The notes under the pieces were generated by a model that worked only from the letters and a program-made list of their open reading frames with translations, had not been told where the DNA came from and searched no databases. The position numbers and the translations under genes were made by a program. A stretch of 64,000 nt of DNA from an uncultured Gemmatimonadota bacterium (lineage in GTDB: Bacteria > Gemmatimonadota > Gemmatimonadetes > Palauibacterales > Palauibacteraceae). Positions 29,747 through 37,391 of this stretch are shown here, one piece after another (within the stretch, counting starts at the first letter, position 1; the number at the start of each line of letters is the position of its first letter). The stretch covers positions 37,320 through 101,319 of the forward strand of contig CAZRRU010000131.1 in assembly GCA_964602635.1 (NCBI GenBank). The letters run 5' to 3'.

Positions 29747-30335
29747 CGCCGAAACTGACGGTCGGCGCTTCACGCTGGGTCTCGTCGTCCAGCTCGAAGT
29801 ACTCTTCCTTCTGGAACCGGAACGCGTTCGCCACCAGCACGGACGGGAACTGCTCGACCTTGGTGTTGTAGTCGCGTACGACCGCGTTGTAGTAGCGCCG
29901 CGAGCTCTGCACCGCGCCCTCGATCTCGTTGAGCGTGCCCTGCAGCTGAGTGAAGCTCTCGACGGCCCGGAGCTGCGGGTAGGCCTCCGAAAGAGCAAAC
30001 AGGGACTTGAGCGCCCCGGTGAGCATGTTCTCGGCCTGGGCCTTGTCCGCCGGGCCACTCGCCGACATGGCACGATTTCGCGCGTTGATGACGGCCTCCA
30101 GCGTGTCCTTCTCGTGGCTCGCGTACCCCTTCACGGTCTCCACGAGGTTGGGGATCAGGTCCCATCGGCGCTTCAGCTGAACGTCGATGTCAGCCCAGGC
30201 GGCGCGCGACGCCGCGCGGAGCTTGACCAGCGCGTTGTAGATCGTGATGCCGCCGATGGCGACGATTGCCAGAAAGATTAGAAACCAGGTCAAGGCACCC
30301 TCCGGGTCCGGGGGTCGAGGAGTACATGTCGGCAC
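29733..30335 (-). CDS. LemA family protein
   Basis: One N-terminal TM, then YNALVKLRAASRAAWADIDVQLKRRWDLIPNLVETVKGYASHEKDTLEAV and RRYYNAVVRDYN (LemA signatures). Confidence 0.9.
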   Translation of the reverse strand: MPTCTPRPPDPEGALTWFLIFLAIVAIGGITIYNALVKLRAASRAAWADIDVQLKRRWDLIPNLVETVKGYASHEKDTLEAVINARNRAMSASGPADKAQAENMLTGALKSLFALSEAYPQLRAVESFTQLQGTLNEIEGAVQSSRRYYNAVVRDYNTKVEQFPSVLVANAFRFQKEEYFELDDETQREAPTVSFGDGET

Positions 30336-30398
30336 GGCCAGAATACACGATCACGTCCCGGCATGACAAGCGCCCGGATCGTTACGAAGGCCTGCCGG

Positions 30399-31724
30399 TC
30401 AGCCCAGCAAGCTTTGGTATCGCGCTTGGGGGCCCGCAAACCCCGGGAATACAGTGTCCAGGTCGCGAGTGCCGAGGTGTCCCCGCACTACCTCCGACAG
30501 CACGGCACGGAAGTCCGTGGTCACCGCCAGGTCCCGACCCTCCCACAGCTGATCGCGCTCCAGGCCGGGCCACTCTCCGTGCACCCGGCCTCCCCGCACG
30601 GAGCCGCCGAACAAGAGCATACAGTTCGCGTGCCCGTGGTCCGTTCCGCCGGATCCGTTCTCCGCTACGGTTCTCCCGAATTCCGACATCGTGAGCAGCA
30701 CAACGTCCTCCATCCGGTCTCCGAGGTCGACGCAGAACGCGCCGAGCGCGTCGCCAAAGGTCCTGAGCCGATTCGCGAGCTGGCCTCGAACTCCCCCCTG
30801 GCCTACATGCGTGTCCCACCCGCCGATGTCCGCGAACGCCACTTCCAGCCCAACGTCTGCCTTGATAAGCTGCGCGATCTGGCTCATCGATCGACCGAAG
30901 TCTCCCGGGGGGTATTCGACACCCCCCGCCGGTCGGTAGCTGAGGGGGTCGGCCTCGCGGAGCAACCGGACGGCGCCGAAGGAGCCGTCCGCGGCCGACG
31001 CCAGCACATCGCCGCTCTCCTCGCGATACAGCCGGGCGAAAGTGGATTCGAGATCGGGGTTCCGTCCCCTGGCGACGCCAAATGTCTCCAGGTCCGGTAT
31101 GGCGAACGCCGGCGCCGGACCGCGCAGGGAAACCGGCATCTCGCCACCCACGGCCACGCCGCGCAGCGATTCGAGCGTGCCCATGCCGGCCTGCCCTATC
31201 GCGTGCGCCGTTGCGTGAGCCGTGGAGTCCTGGAGCGTGCGCCCCTCGCAGTCGCACGGACTGGCGGTGAGGACCCGGTTCAGCCAACCCGACCGGGTGC
31301 GCTTGTCGCCAGGTGTCCCCGTCTCCATGAAGTCCTGTGCCTCGAAGTGCGACCGGGTGGGATGCGACGAGCCGACCGCGTGTACGATCGCGAGCTCCCC
31401 ACGCTGGTAGAGCGGTGAAATGGCGGACAGGGAAGGGTGAAGACCGAAGAAACCGTCCAGGTCGAGAGCGGAGTCCTCGCCGCGACCGGGAGCGCTCACG
31501 GCGATCGACTGTCGGGTGGCGAAGTACTGCCGCTCCCCGAACGGAACCACCATGTTGAGGCCGTCCACCGCGCCTCGCTGAAACACGCACACCAGCGTCT
31601 TGCGCCGGGCCCCACCCCGCGAGGCTCCGAGCAGTGAACGGGAAAGAAACGCGGGCGGAAGGCCCACGGCCAGGACCGCGACCGCGCCGTCCCTGAGAAA
31701 CACCCGTCTCGTCCGAAGTCTCAC
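30399..31724 (-). CDS. DUF1501 family protein (sulfatase/alkaline-phosphatase-like fold) with Tat signal
   Basis: MRLRTRRVFLRDGAVAVLAVG (T-R-R-x-F-L twin-arginine motif), GGWDTH, SEFGRT, GTDHG (DUF1501 hallmarks). Confidence 0.85.
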   Translation of the reverse strand: MRLRTRRVFLRDGAVAVLAVGLPPAFLSRSLLGASRGGARRKTLVCVFQRGAVDGLNMVVPFGERQYFATRQSIAVSAPGRGEDSALDLDGFFGLHPSLSAISPLYQRGELAIVHAVGSSHPTRSHFEAQDFMETGTPGDKRTRSGWLNRVLTASPCDCEGRTLQDSTAHATAHAIGQAGMGTLESLRGVAVGGEMPVSLRGPAPAFAIPDLETFGVARGRNPDLESTFARLYREESGDVLASAADGSFGAVRLLREADPLSYRPAGGVEYPPGDFGRSMSQIAQLIKADVGLEVAFADIGGWDTHVGQGGVRGQLANRLRTFGDALGAFCVDLGDRMEDVVLLTMSEFGRTVAENGSGGTDHGHANCMLLFGGSVRGGRVHGEWPGLERDQLWEGRDLAVTTDFRAVLSEVVRGHLGTRDLDTVFPGFAGPQARYQSLLG

Positions 31725-31745
31725 TCTATCAACCTCGCTGTCGCC

Positions 31746-33473
31746 TCAGTGTCTCTGGAACTCGGGGGAGCCGAGCAGCAGCCCGGCGCCTCGTCGCGCC
31801 GCTTCCCGTCCGCTCGCGTCGCCGCGATGGAAATCGTCCACCACCACGGTCACGATCTCTCGCGTGTCGATACCCGGAAGGAACGCGGTCGCCATCGCGG
31901 ATACGAACCCCTCCGGATCGTTTCCCGACGCCACCCTCCGCCACTCGTCCCTGGCGTCCGGCTCGATGACGACGCCCCGGATCTCGCCGCCCGCCAGGGC
32001 CAGGGCGTAGTTCATGCGCTGAAGCATGGCGCCGCTGTTCACCCACTCGTCGCTGGTCTCCGGGTATCCCGTGGGCACGTCCGACAGGTAAGGCATGTGT
32101 CCGAAGGATCGGAGCTGCTGCACCAGCGCGCGCGACGACCGGATGTCCGCGTCGGTCACACGCAGGGAGGCCGCCACCAGTTCGAAGGGCGAGCGAATCT
32201 TTCCACCGAAGCGAGCCGAATCCACGAACTCCGGATCCTGGAAAACGGCCCGGGTCACCTCGAGGAGATCGCCTTCCGTACGCATGAAGACGGCCGCCAC
32301 CCGATCCACCGCGTCGGCGGGAGGGTCGTCGGCGATGAACCGCTCGACGAGCTTCCTGGCGATATGGTCAGCGGTCGAAGGGTGCATGGCGAGCAGCCGC
32401 AGCACGGCCTCTCCATCCGCCATCCCGCGGCCGCCGGGCAGCGCATGCCCGAGCACGCTCTTGGCACCCGGGTCGTGCAGCTGCGAGACGAACCGGAACT
32501 CGATCCCCTGTGCTTCCGCGCCTCCCGGTCCTGGCCGTGTAATCGTCCAGCCCGTGAGCGCCCGCGCCACGGAGACGACATCATCCTGAGTGTATCCGCC
32601 GTCCACTCCCAGCGTGTGGAGTTCCAGCAACTCCCGGGCATAGTTCTCGTTGTAGCCTCGTTGCCGGTCGCCGCCCCGCCTCCGACCGCCGGCGTTCATG
32701 GAGTCGGGGACTGAGTTACGCCAGTTGTCCAGGTAGAACAGCATCGCCGGGTGTCGGGCGGTGGCCGCGAGCAGGTCCTCGAATCTTCCGAACACGTGGG
32801 GGCGTATCGCCGATCGCTCGTAGTCGGCCACGAGCCACCGGTCGGCGCCCTTCGCGAAGAAGACGTTGAAGTGGTTGAACCAGAAGTCGACCATCACTTC
32901 TTCGAGCTGGCGCTCGGAGTAAACCGCGCGTTGCAGCTTGGCTCCGACCAGATCCCCCGCGATTCGCGCCGGACTCATCATCCTCATTTCGCGTCGCTGG
33001 GCAGCGGAGGCCGAATCGAGGTTGCCGAACCTCTCCCGCAGGACCCGGGGCGGCGGATAGGTCTCGTACAACTCTCTCTGAGACATGGAAGCTGCGGGGT
33101 AGGACGCGAGCCGTGAATCCAGGTCCGCGTCGTCAATCGAGTCGGGATGAAGCTGCCGGTCGAGCCACGCGTCGGCGCCCATCTGCAGGACGGCGTCCAC
33201 GTCGCCCTGGCGCACCCCGAACGTGGCCCGCTGAAGAAGATGGACGATGCCCGCCGTCTCCGGGTCCGGAAGACCGTCCGTTCGGGATTGCCCCGGACTC
33301 GCCGCGGGCACGACGAGGATAATCGCGGCCAGTGCCGCCACCGCGTGCGGGAGACGCCCGGCGCCTCTGCGTTCGGCTTTCGTGACCATCATTCTCCCGT
33401 TCGCTCCGCATCGTATCCGACGTGCTGTCACCGGCCCACGATGGAAGGACGAGTCGAACGGGCAAAAGGTCAA
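31746..33473 (-). CDS. DUF1800 family protein
   Basis: HLLQRATFG, MVDFWFNHFNVF, NENYARELLELHTLGVDGGYTQDDV (DUF1800 signatures). It lies 21 nt upstream of the DUF1501 gene. The start is uncertain; the ATG at 33392 is an alternative. Confidence 0.8.
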   Translation of the reverse strand: MTFCPFDSSFHRGPVTARRIRCGANGRMMVTKAERRGAGRLPHAVAALAAIILVVPAASPGQSRTDGLPDPETAGIVHLLQRATFGVRQGDVDAVLQMGADAWLDRQLHPDSIDDADLDSRLASYPAASMSQRELYETYPPPRVLRERFGNLDSASAAQRREMRMMSPARIAGDLVGAKLQRAVYSERQLEEVMVDFWFNHFNVFFAKGADRWLVADYERSAIRPHVFGRFEDLLAATARHPAMLFYLDNWRNSVPDSMNAGGRRRGGDRQRGYNENYARELLELHTLGVDGGYTQDDVVSVARALTGWTITRPGPGGAEAQGIEFRFVSQLHDPGAKSVLGHALPGGRGMADGEAVLRLLAMHPSTADHIARKLVERFIADDPPADAVDRVAAVFMRTEGDLLEVTRAVFQDPEFVDSARFGGKIRSPFELVAASLRVTDADIRSSRALVQQLRSFGHMPYLSDVPTGYPETSDEWVNSGAMLQRMNYALALAGGEIRGVVIEPDARDEWRRVASGNDPEGFVSAMATAFLPGIDTREIVTVVVDDFHRGDASGREAARRGAGLLLGSPEFQRH

Positions 33474-33489
33474 AACCGGGACTGACGCC

Positions 33490-33939
33490 TCACTCGCCCA
33501 GCATCTCGTCGATGGCCTTCCGCGGCACAGCGCCCGTCTGCCGGCTCACCTCGGAGCCGCCCCGGAACAGGATGAGCGTGGGAATGCCGCGGATCCCGAA
33601 AGACGCCGAGGCCTCGGGGTTCGCGTCCGTGTCGAGTTTGGCCACCAGGATCTCTCCCACCCGGTCCGCGGCCAGCTCGTCGAGCACGGGCGCCATGATC
33701 TTGCACGGGCCGCACCAGTCGGCGTAGAAATCCACCAGAACCGGAACATCCGATTCTCGCACCACGCGATCCAGGTCCTCACCGCCGATTCTGACCGGCC
33801 GATCGAGAAGAAGCGGGCGACCGCAACCGCCGCACTTCGGCCGATCCACGGCCCGGTCCATGTTCACCCGGTTCAGCTTCGAGCAGAACGCGCACCGAAG
33901 CGTGGCCCTGCGCTCCCCGTTTGCGGATATGTCCTTCAT
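33490..33939 (-). CDS. trxC: Thioredoxin 2-type thioredoxin with N-terminal zinc finger
   Basis: CAFCSKLN...CGGCGRPL (zinc finger), then VDFYADWCGPCK (the WCGPC active site). Start set at the ATG at 33939. Confidence 0.9.
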   Translation of the reverse strand: MKDISANGERRATLRCAFCSKLNRVNMDRAVDRPKCGGCGRPLLLDRPVRIGGEDLDRVVRESDVPVLVDFYADWCGPCKIMAPVLDELAADRVGEILVAKLDTDANPEASASFGIRGIPTLILFRGGSEVSRQTGAVPRKAIDEMLGE

Positions 33940-34013
33940 CTGTCGCTTCCTGAAGCGTTGGGGGATCGTTCGGCGAGCGGCGAAAGCCGCGGACGCCAAC
34001 TGACTCTATCGTA

Positions 34014-35216
34014 TTGTGCGCGGCCACCACGGATGTCAACGTTCGGTGTCCCGAAAACGATCGGAAACTGCGCGTGCGCATCGTCCACACAGAATCGTCC
34101 ACGGTCATGGGGGGGCAGGAGCGGCGGGTCCTGGCCGAAAGCATCGGGATGCGCGACCGGGGCCACGACCTGTGGATCGTCACTCCGCCGGACGGTGCCC
34201 TGGCGGGCCGCGCCCGTGACGCTGGACTCGAGGTGGTCCCGCTCTCGTTCCGCCGTTGGAGGTTGCTCGCCAACGCCCGGTCCCTGGCCTCTCTCGTGCG
34301 TCGGCTCGAACCGGACATCGTGAACTCCCACAGCTCGGCAGACAGCTGGACGGCGGCCCTCGGGCTGCGTGCCGGGTCACGCGGCAGTGCGCTCGTTCGA
34401 AGTCGTCACATTTCGGCGCGCGTCGAGCCGGGACCGCTGCACAGATTCCTCTACGGGCAGGCGGACTTCGTGATCACCACCGGAGAGTCCGTCCGTCGGG
34501 ATCTCGCCGACTCCGGCCTGATCCCCCTGGAGCACTCCGCATCGATTCCAACGGGCGTCGACCTGGCCCGTTATCGACCGGTGCCCGAAGGACGGACGGA
34601 GGCGCGCCGCGCTCTCGGGATTTCCACCGGGGGACCCGTTCTGGGCGTCGTCGCCTATCTGAGGGAAGACAAGGGCCACGCGGTCCTGCTGCGGGCCATG
34701 CCGGAGATCCTGCGCCGCTGTCCGGACTGCGTCCTCGTCGTGGTCGGGGACGGCCCGGAGCGCGAACGTCTGGAGAAGCAGGCACGGAGCCTCGGGATCG
34801 AGGGCGCCGTGCGGTTCGCGGGCCTCCGGGAAGACGTCCCGTTCGTGCTCTCCGCGCTCGACGTGTTCTGCCTGCCGTCGGTCCGCAACGAGGGTGTACC
34901 GCAATCCGCGCTGCAGGCCGGCGCGGCCGCGGTGCCCGTCGTCAGCACGGCCGTCGGCGGAATCCCGGAGGCCGTCGTACACGGCAGGACCGGCACCGTG
35001 GTGCCCCCGGGCGACGCGGGCGCCCTGGCGAGAGCGGTTTGCGACCTCATCGATGACCCCGCGGCGCGGAGTCGCTTCGGGCAGGCGGGTCGGGCGCACG
35101 TATCCGGTTCGTTCTCGGTCCATCGGATGCTTGATCTCACCGAGGAAGCGTACGCGGCAGCGCTTCGGTCTGCCGCCTTGAGCGGCGGATCCCGCGGCAT
35201 CCAGCCAGGTCCATGA
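34014..35216 (+). CDS. Glycosyltransferase family 4 (GT-B)
   Basis: RIVHTESSTVMGGQERRVL (N-domain) and PSVRNEGVPQSALQAGAAAVPVVST (C-domain). The true start may be the GTG near 34074. Confidence 0.85.
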   Translation: MCAATTDVNVRCPENDRKLRVRIVHTESSTVMGGQERRVLAESIGMRDRGHDLWIVTPPDGALAGRARDAGLEVVPLSFRRWRLLANARSLASLVRRLEPDIVNSHSSADSWTAALGLRAGSRGSALVRSRHISARVEPGPLHRFLYGQADFVITTGESVRRDLADSGLIPLEHSASIPTGVDLARYRPVPEGRTEARRALGISTGGPVLGVVAYLREDKGHAVLLRAMPEILRRCPDCVLVVVGDGPERERLEKQARSLGIEGAVRFAGLREDVPFVLSALDVFCLPSVRNEGVPQSALQAGAAAVPVVSTAVGGIPEAVVHGRTGTVVPPGDAGALARAVCDLIDDPAARSRFGQAGRAHVSGSFSVHRMLDLTEEAYAAALRSAALSGGSRGIQPGP

Positions 35217-36067
35217 CCGAGCGTCTTCCTGAGGCCCGGTTCACGGGGGAGCTGCCGGCGACGCTCGCACACAGGTTGCTGCACGCGCCCGGATCGCCGC
35301 CGGACCGCTGGGTCTTGTTTCTGCACGGCTTCATGGGCGCCGGCCGGAATTGGGCATCGATCGGCCGCGGGCTGGTGGGCGCGAGACCCGACTGGGGCGT
35401 GGTCCTCGTGGATCTTCGCCTGCACGGGGAAAGCCAGGGCTTTTCCCCACCTCACACCGTGGCCGCCAGCGCAACCGACGTCAATTCATTGGTGCTTCAC
35501 CTCGGCGCCACCGAGGCGGTGATCGTCGGCCACTCGTTCGGGGGCAAGGTGGCGCTGGCTGCCGCGCGGTCGGGCGACACCGTCCTGCGGCAGGTCTGGG
35601 CGATCGACAGCACTCCGTCGGTGGGGAGGACGGAAGCAGGAGCGGCTCGCCTCCTGGCCTTGCTGGCCGGGCTGCCGGAACGGTTTGAAGACCGGTCCGT
35701 GCTGGTTGCGGCGGTGCGGGAGGCGGGCTTCAACGCCCATCTGGCCGAGTGGACGGCCACGAACCTGGCCAGGCGGCCTGATGGGTACGGCTGGAAGTTC
35801 GACCTGGCGTCTCTCGACCTGCTTCTCGAGGACTTCTATCGGGAGGACCTGTGGTCCGTGGTGGACCCGTCCGTGCCGGGGCGAGAGCTGTTTTTCATCC
35901 GGGCGACCCGCGGCTCGATCATGGACGACGCCGCGGCGGCGCGAATCAGGCGTCTGGAGGCGGATGGAGAATGCGTTCGGCTGATCGAGCTGGACGGCGG
36001 TCACTGGCTCAACATGGCGAACCCCGACGGGCTCCTGGAACTGCTGGTCCGGTTCCTGCCTCGCTGA
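35213..36067 (+). CDS. Alpha/beta-fold hydrolase
   Basis: VLFLHGFMGAGRNW, nucleophile elbow GHSFGG, C-terminal GGHWLNMANP (catalytic His). ATGA overlap with the GT4 gene. Confidence 0.8.
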   Translation: MTERLPEARFTGELPATLAHRLLHAPGSPPDRWVLFLHGFMGAGRNWASIGRGLVGARPDWGVVLVDLRLHGESQGFSPPHTVAASATDVNSLVLHLGATEAVIVGHSFGGKVALAAARSGDTVLRQVWAIDSTPSVGRTEAGAARLLALLAGLPERFEDRSVLVAAVREAGFNAHLAEWTATNLARRPDGYGWKFDLASLDLLLEDFYREDLWSVVDPSVPGRELFFIRATRGSIMDDAAAARIRRLEADGECVRLIELDGGHWLNMANPDGLLELLVRFLPR

Positions 36068-36100
36068 CCGGGCCACGCTGACCGACCGCAGTGCGCCGCG

Positions 36101-36568
36101 TCAGAAGATCTCTCGCCACGAACCGTCGATCGGGCGGACTGGATCGGTCCGGAGCCGGCGGCCCAGCAGGCTGGTCTGGCGGGCCGCGATCCCCGGATCG
36201 CCGGCGCTCGCACTCCCGACGGTCGCCCTGGAGGCGATCCTGTACACTGTCGTCACCGAATCCGCCTGGATGAGCTTGACGGCATGGACGGTGACCGTTC
36301 CGTTCCCGATCTCCCACGAGGCTACGGACGGCTGTGTCCCGGAGGCCAGCCAGGTAGCCAGTCCGGCCTCCGCGAGGTGAAACGCCTGGCTCGACGCCGC
36401 GTGGCTGACGCCGATTCGCAGCTCTGCCCTGGCGGCGAGAAAGATCCCGGTCGCGCCCAGATAGAGTGCGGCGAGCACGACCAGTACGGCCACGAGGGCG
36501 AAGCCCCTCCGACTCCCCACGACGGCTGTGCACGGGTGCTTGCTGTTTGGCCGGTGAGTCAGGAGCAT
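36101..36568 (-). CDS. PilX-N-like pseudopilin-type protein (orphan)
   Basis: RRGFALVAVLVVLAALYLGATGIFLAARAELRIGVSHAASSQAFHLAEAGL matches the PilX N-terminal pattern (hydrophobic helix ... QAF..AEAG). Confidence 0.55.
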   Translation of the reverse strand: MLLTHRPNSKHPCTAVVGSRRGFALVAVLVVLAALYLGATGIFLAARAELRIGVSHAASSQAFHLAEAGLATWLASGTQPSVASWEIGNGTVTVHAVKLIQADSVTTVYRIASRATVGSASAGDPGIAARQTSLLGRRLRTDPVRPIDGSWREIF

Positions 36569-36855
36569 ACGCTTCGGTGGTCCTATTCCCGCACCTGTCC
36601 GAGCGCCCGTCCAGTCTCGGAGTCCAGCGTCAACACCGAGTCAATTCGGCACGAACGTCCCTTTTGCGCATGGTCTTGGCTTTTTGCCACCTCGTCCCCT
36701 GTCGGGCGCCGCTCGCGGAAGTTTCGAATCGGGACGCCACGACCCCGTAAAATGCTTGCTCGCTTGTAGATAACACGATCGCGCGCCTCCGCTTGCCTGC
36801 ATGGCAGCCGGTTTGCCCTCATAAGCCGGGAGAATTCATGGAAGGAGCGGAAGCC

Positions 36856-37080
36856 ATGCAGTACAGCGCGACGACCGAGGCTCTGCTCCACGCGATCAAG
36901 AACGACGTTCGCAACCGCGTGGATGACATCGTGGACTACGCCGAGAACGCCGCGATGACGCTGACCTCGGAGAACGAGGTGGACGCGGTCCTGGAGCGGG
37001 CACTACTCGCGGTCGAGAAGACACTGTCCGAAGCCGCCCGGGCGATGGCGCGCGAGATCCACAGGGAGCGGATGTACTAG
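36856..37080 (+). CDS. Small all-helical hypothetical protein (74 aa)
   Basis: ATG at 36856, 8 nt after GGAGCGG/AAGGAG. MQYSATTEALLHAIKNDVRNRVDDIVDYAENAAMTL...; no recognisable motif. Confidence 0.4.
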   Translation: MQYSATTEALLHAIKNDVRNRVDDIVDYAENAAMTLTSENEVDAVLERALLAVEKTLSEAARAMAREIHRERMY

Positions 37081-37391
37081 CGCTTCTCGTTGCTCGCGGT
37101 ACTCCCTCATGTTATCGATATTCACGGGTGGATGGGTTTTCGTCCCGGGCAGCAACCGATTCTCGATACGCGCAATCTTTCGCATCGTGCCGCGCGTCCC
37201 GGGAGGGGGCGGCCACGATGTATATAAAGCAAACACGCGGAGTTACAGGCCTGGATACCCAGATCGGCCCGGTGGCCGCGTTCTTGCCGAATCCGGGAGA
37301 CTGTGATATACCGCGTAGACGCGGTGGTCGGACGGGGATCGAGGCCTCTGGTCTCCCGCCGGGCCGCTGACCCGCGGAAGGCGGAGACGGA

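Noticed and set aside
29747-30073. N-terminal 109 aa of the 731-aa ORF-track entry for the DUF2207 gene
   Set aside because: It overlaps lemA in another frame and is low-complexity Arg/Ser/Thr. A signal/anchor sequence begins at the ATG at 29746.
30363-31590. Alternative-frame ORFs (351 aa plus strand, 402 aa minus strand) across the DUF1501 locus
   Set aside because: Both are Arg/Gly/Pro-rich with no motifs. The 441-aa minus frame carries the Tat signal and the DUF1501 signatures.
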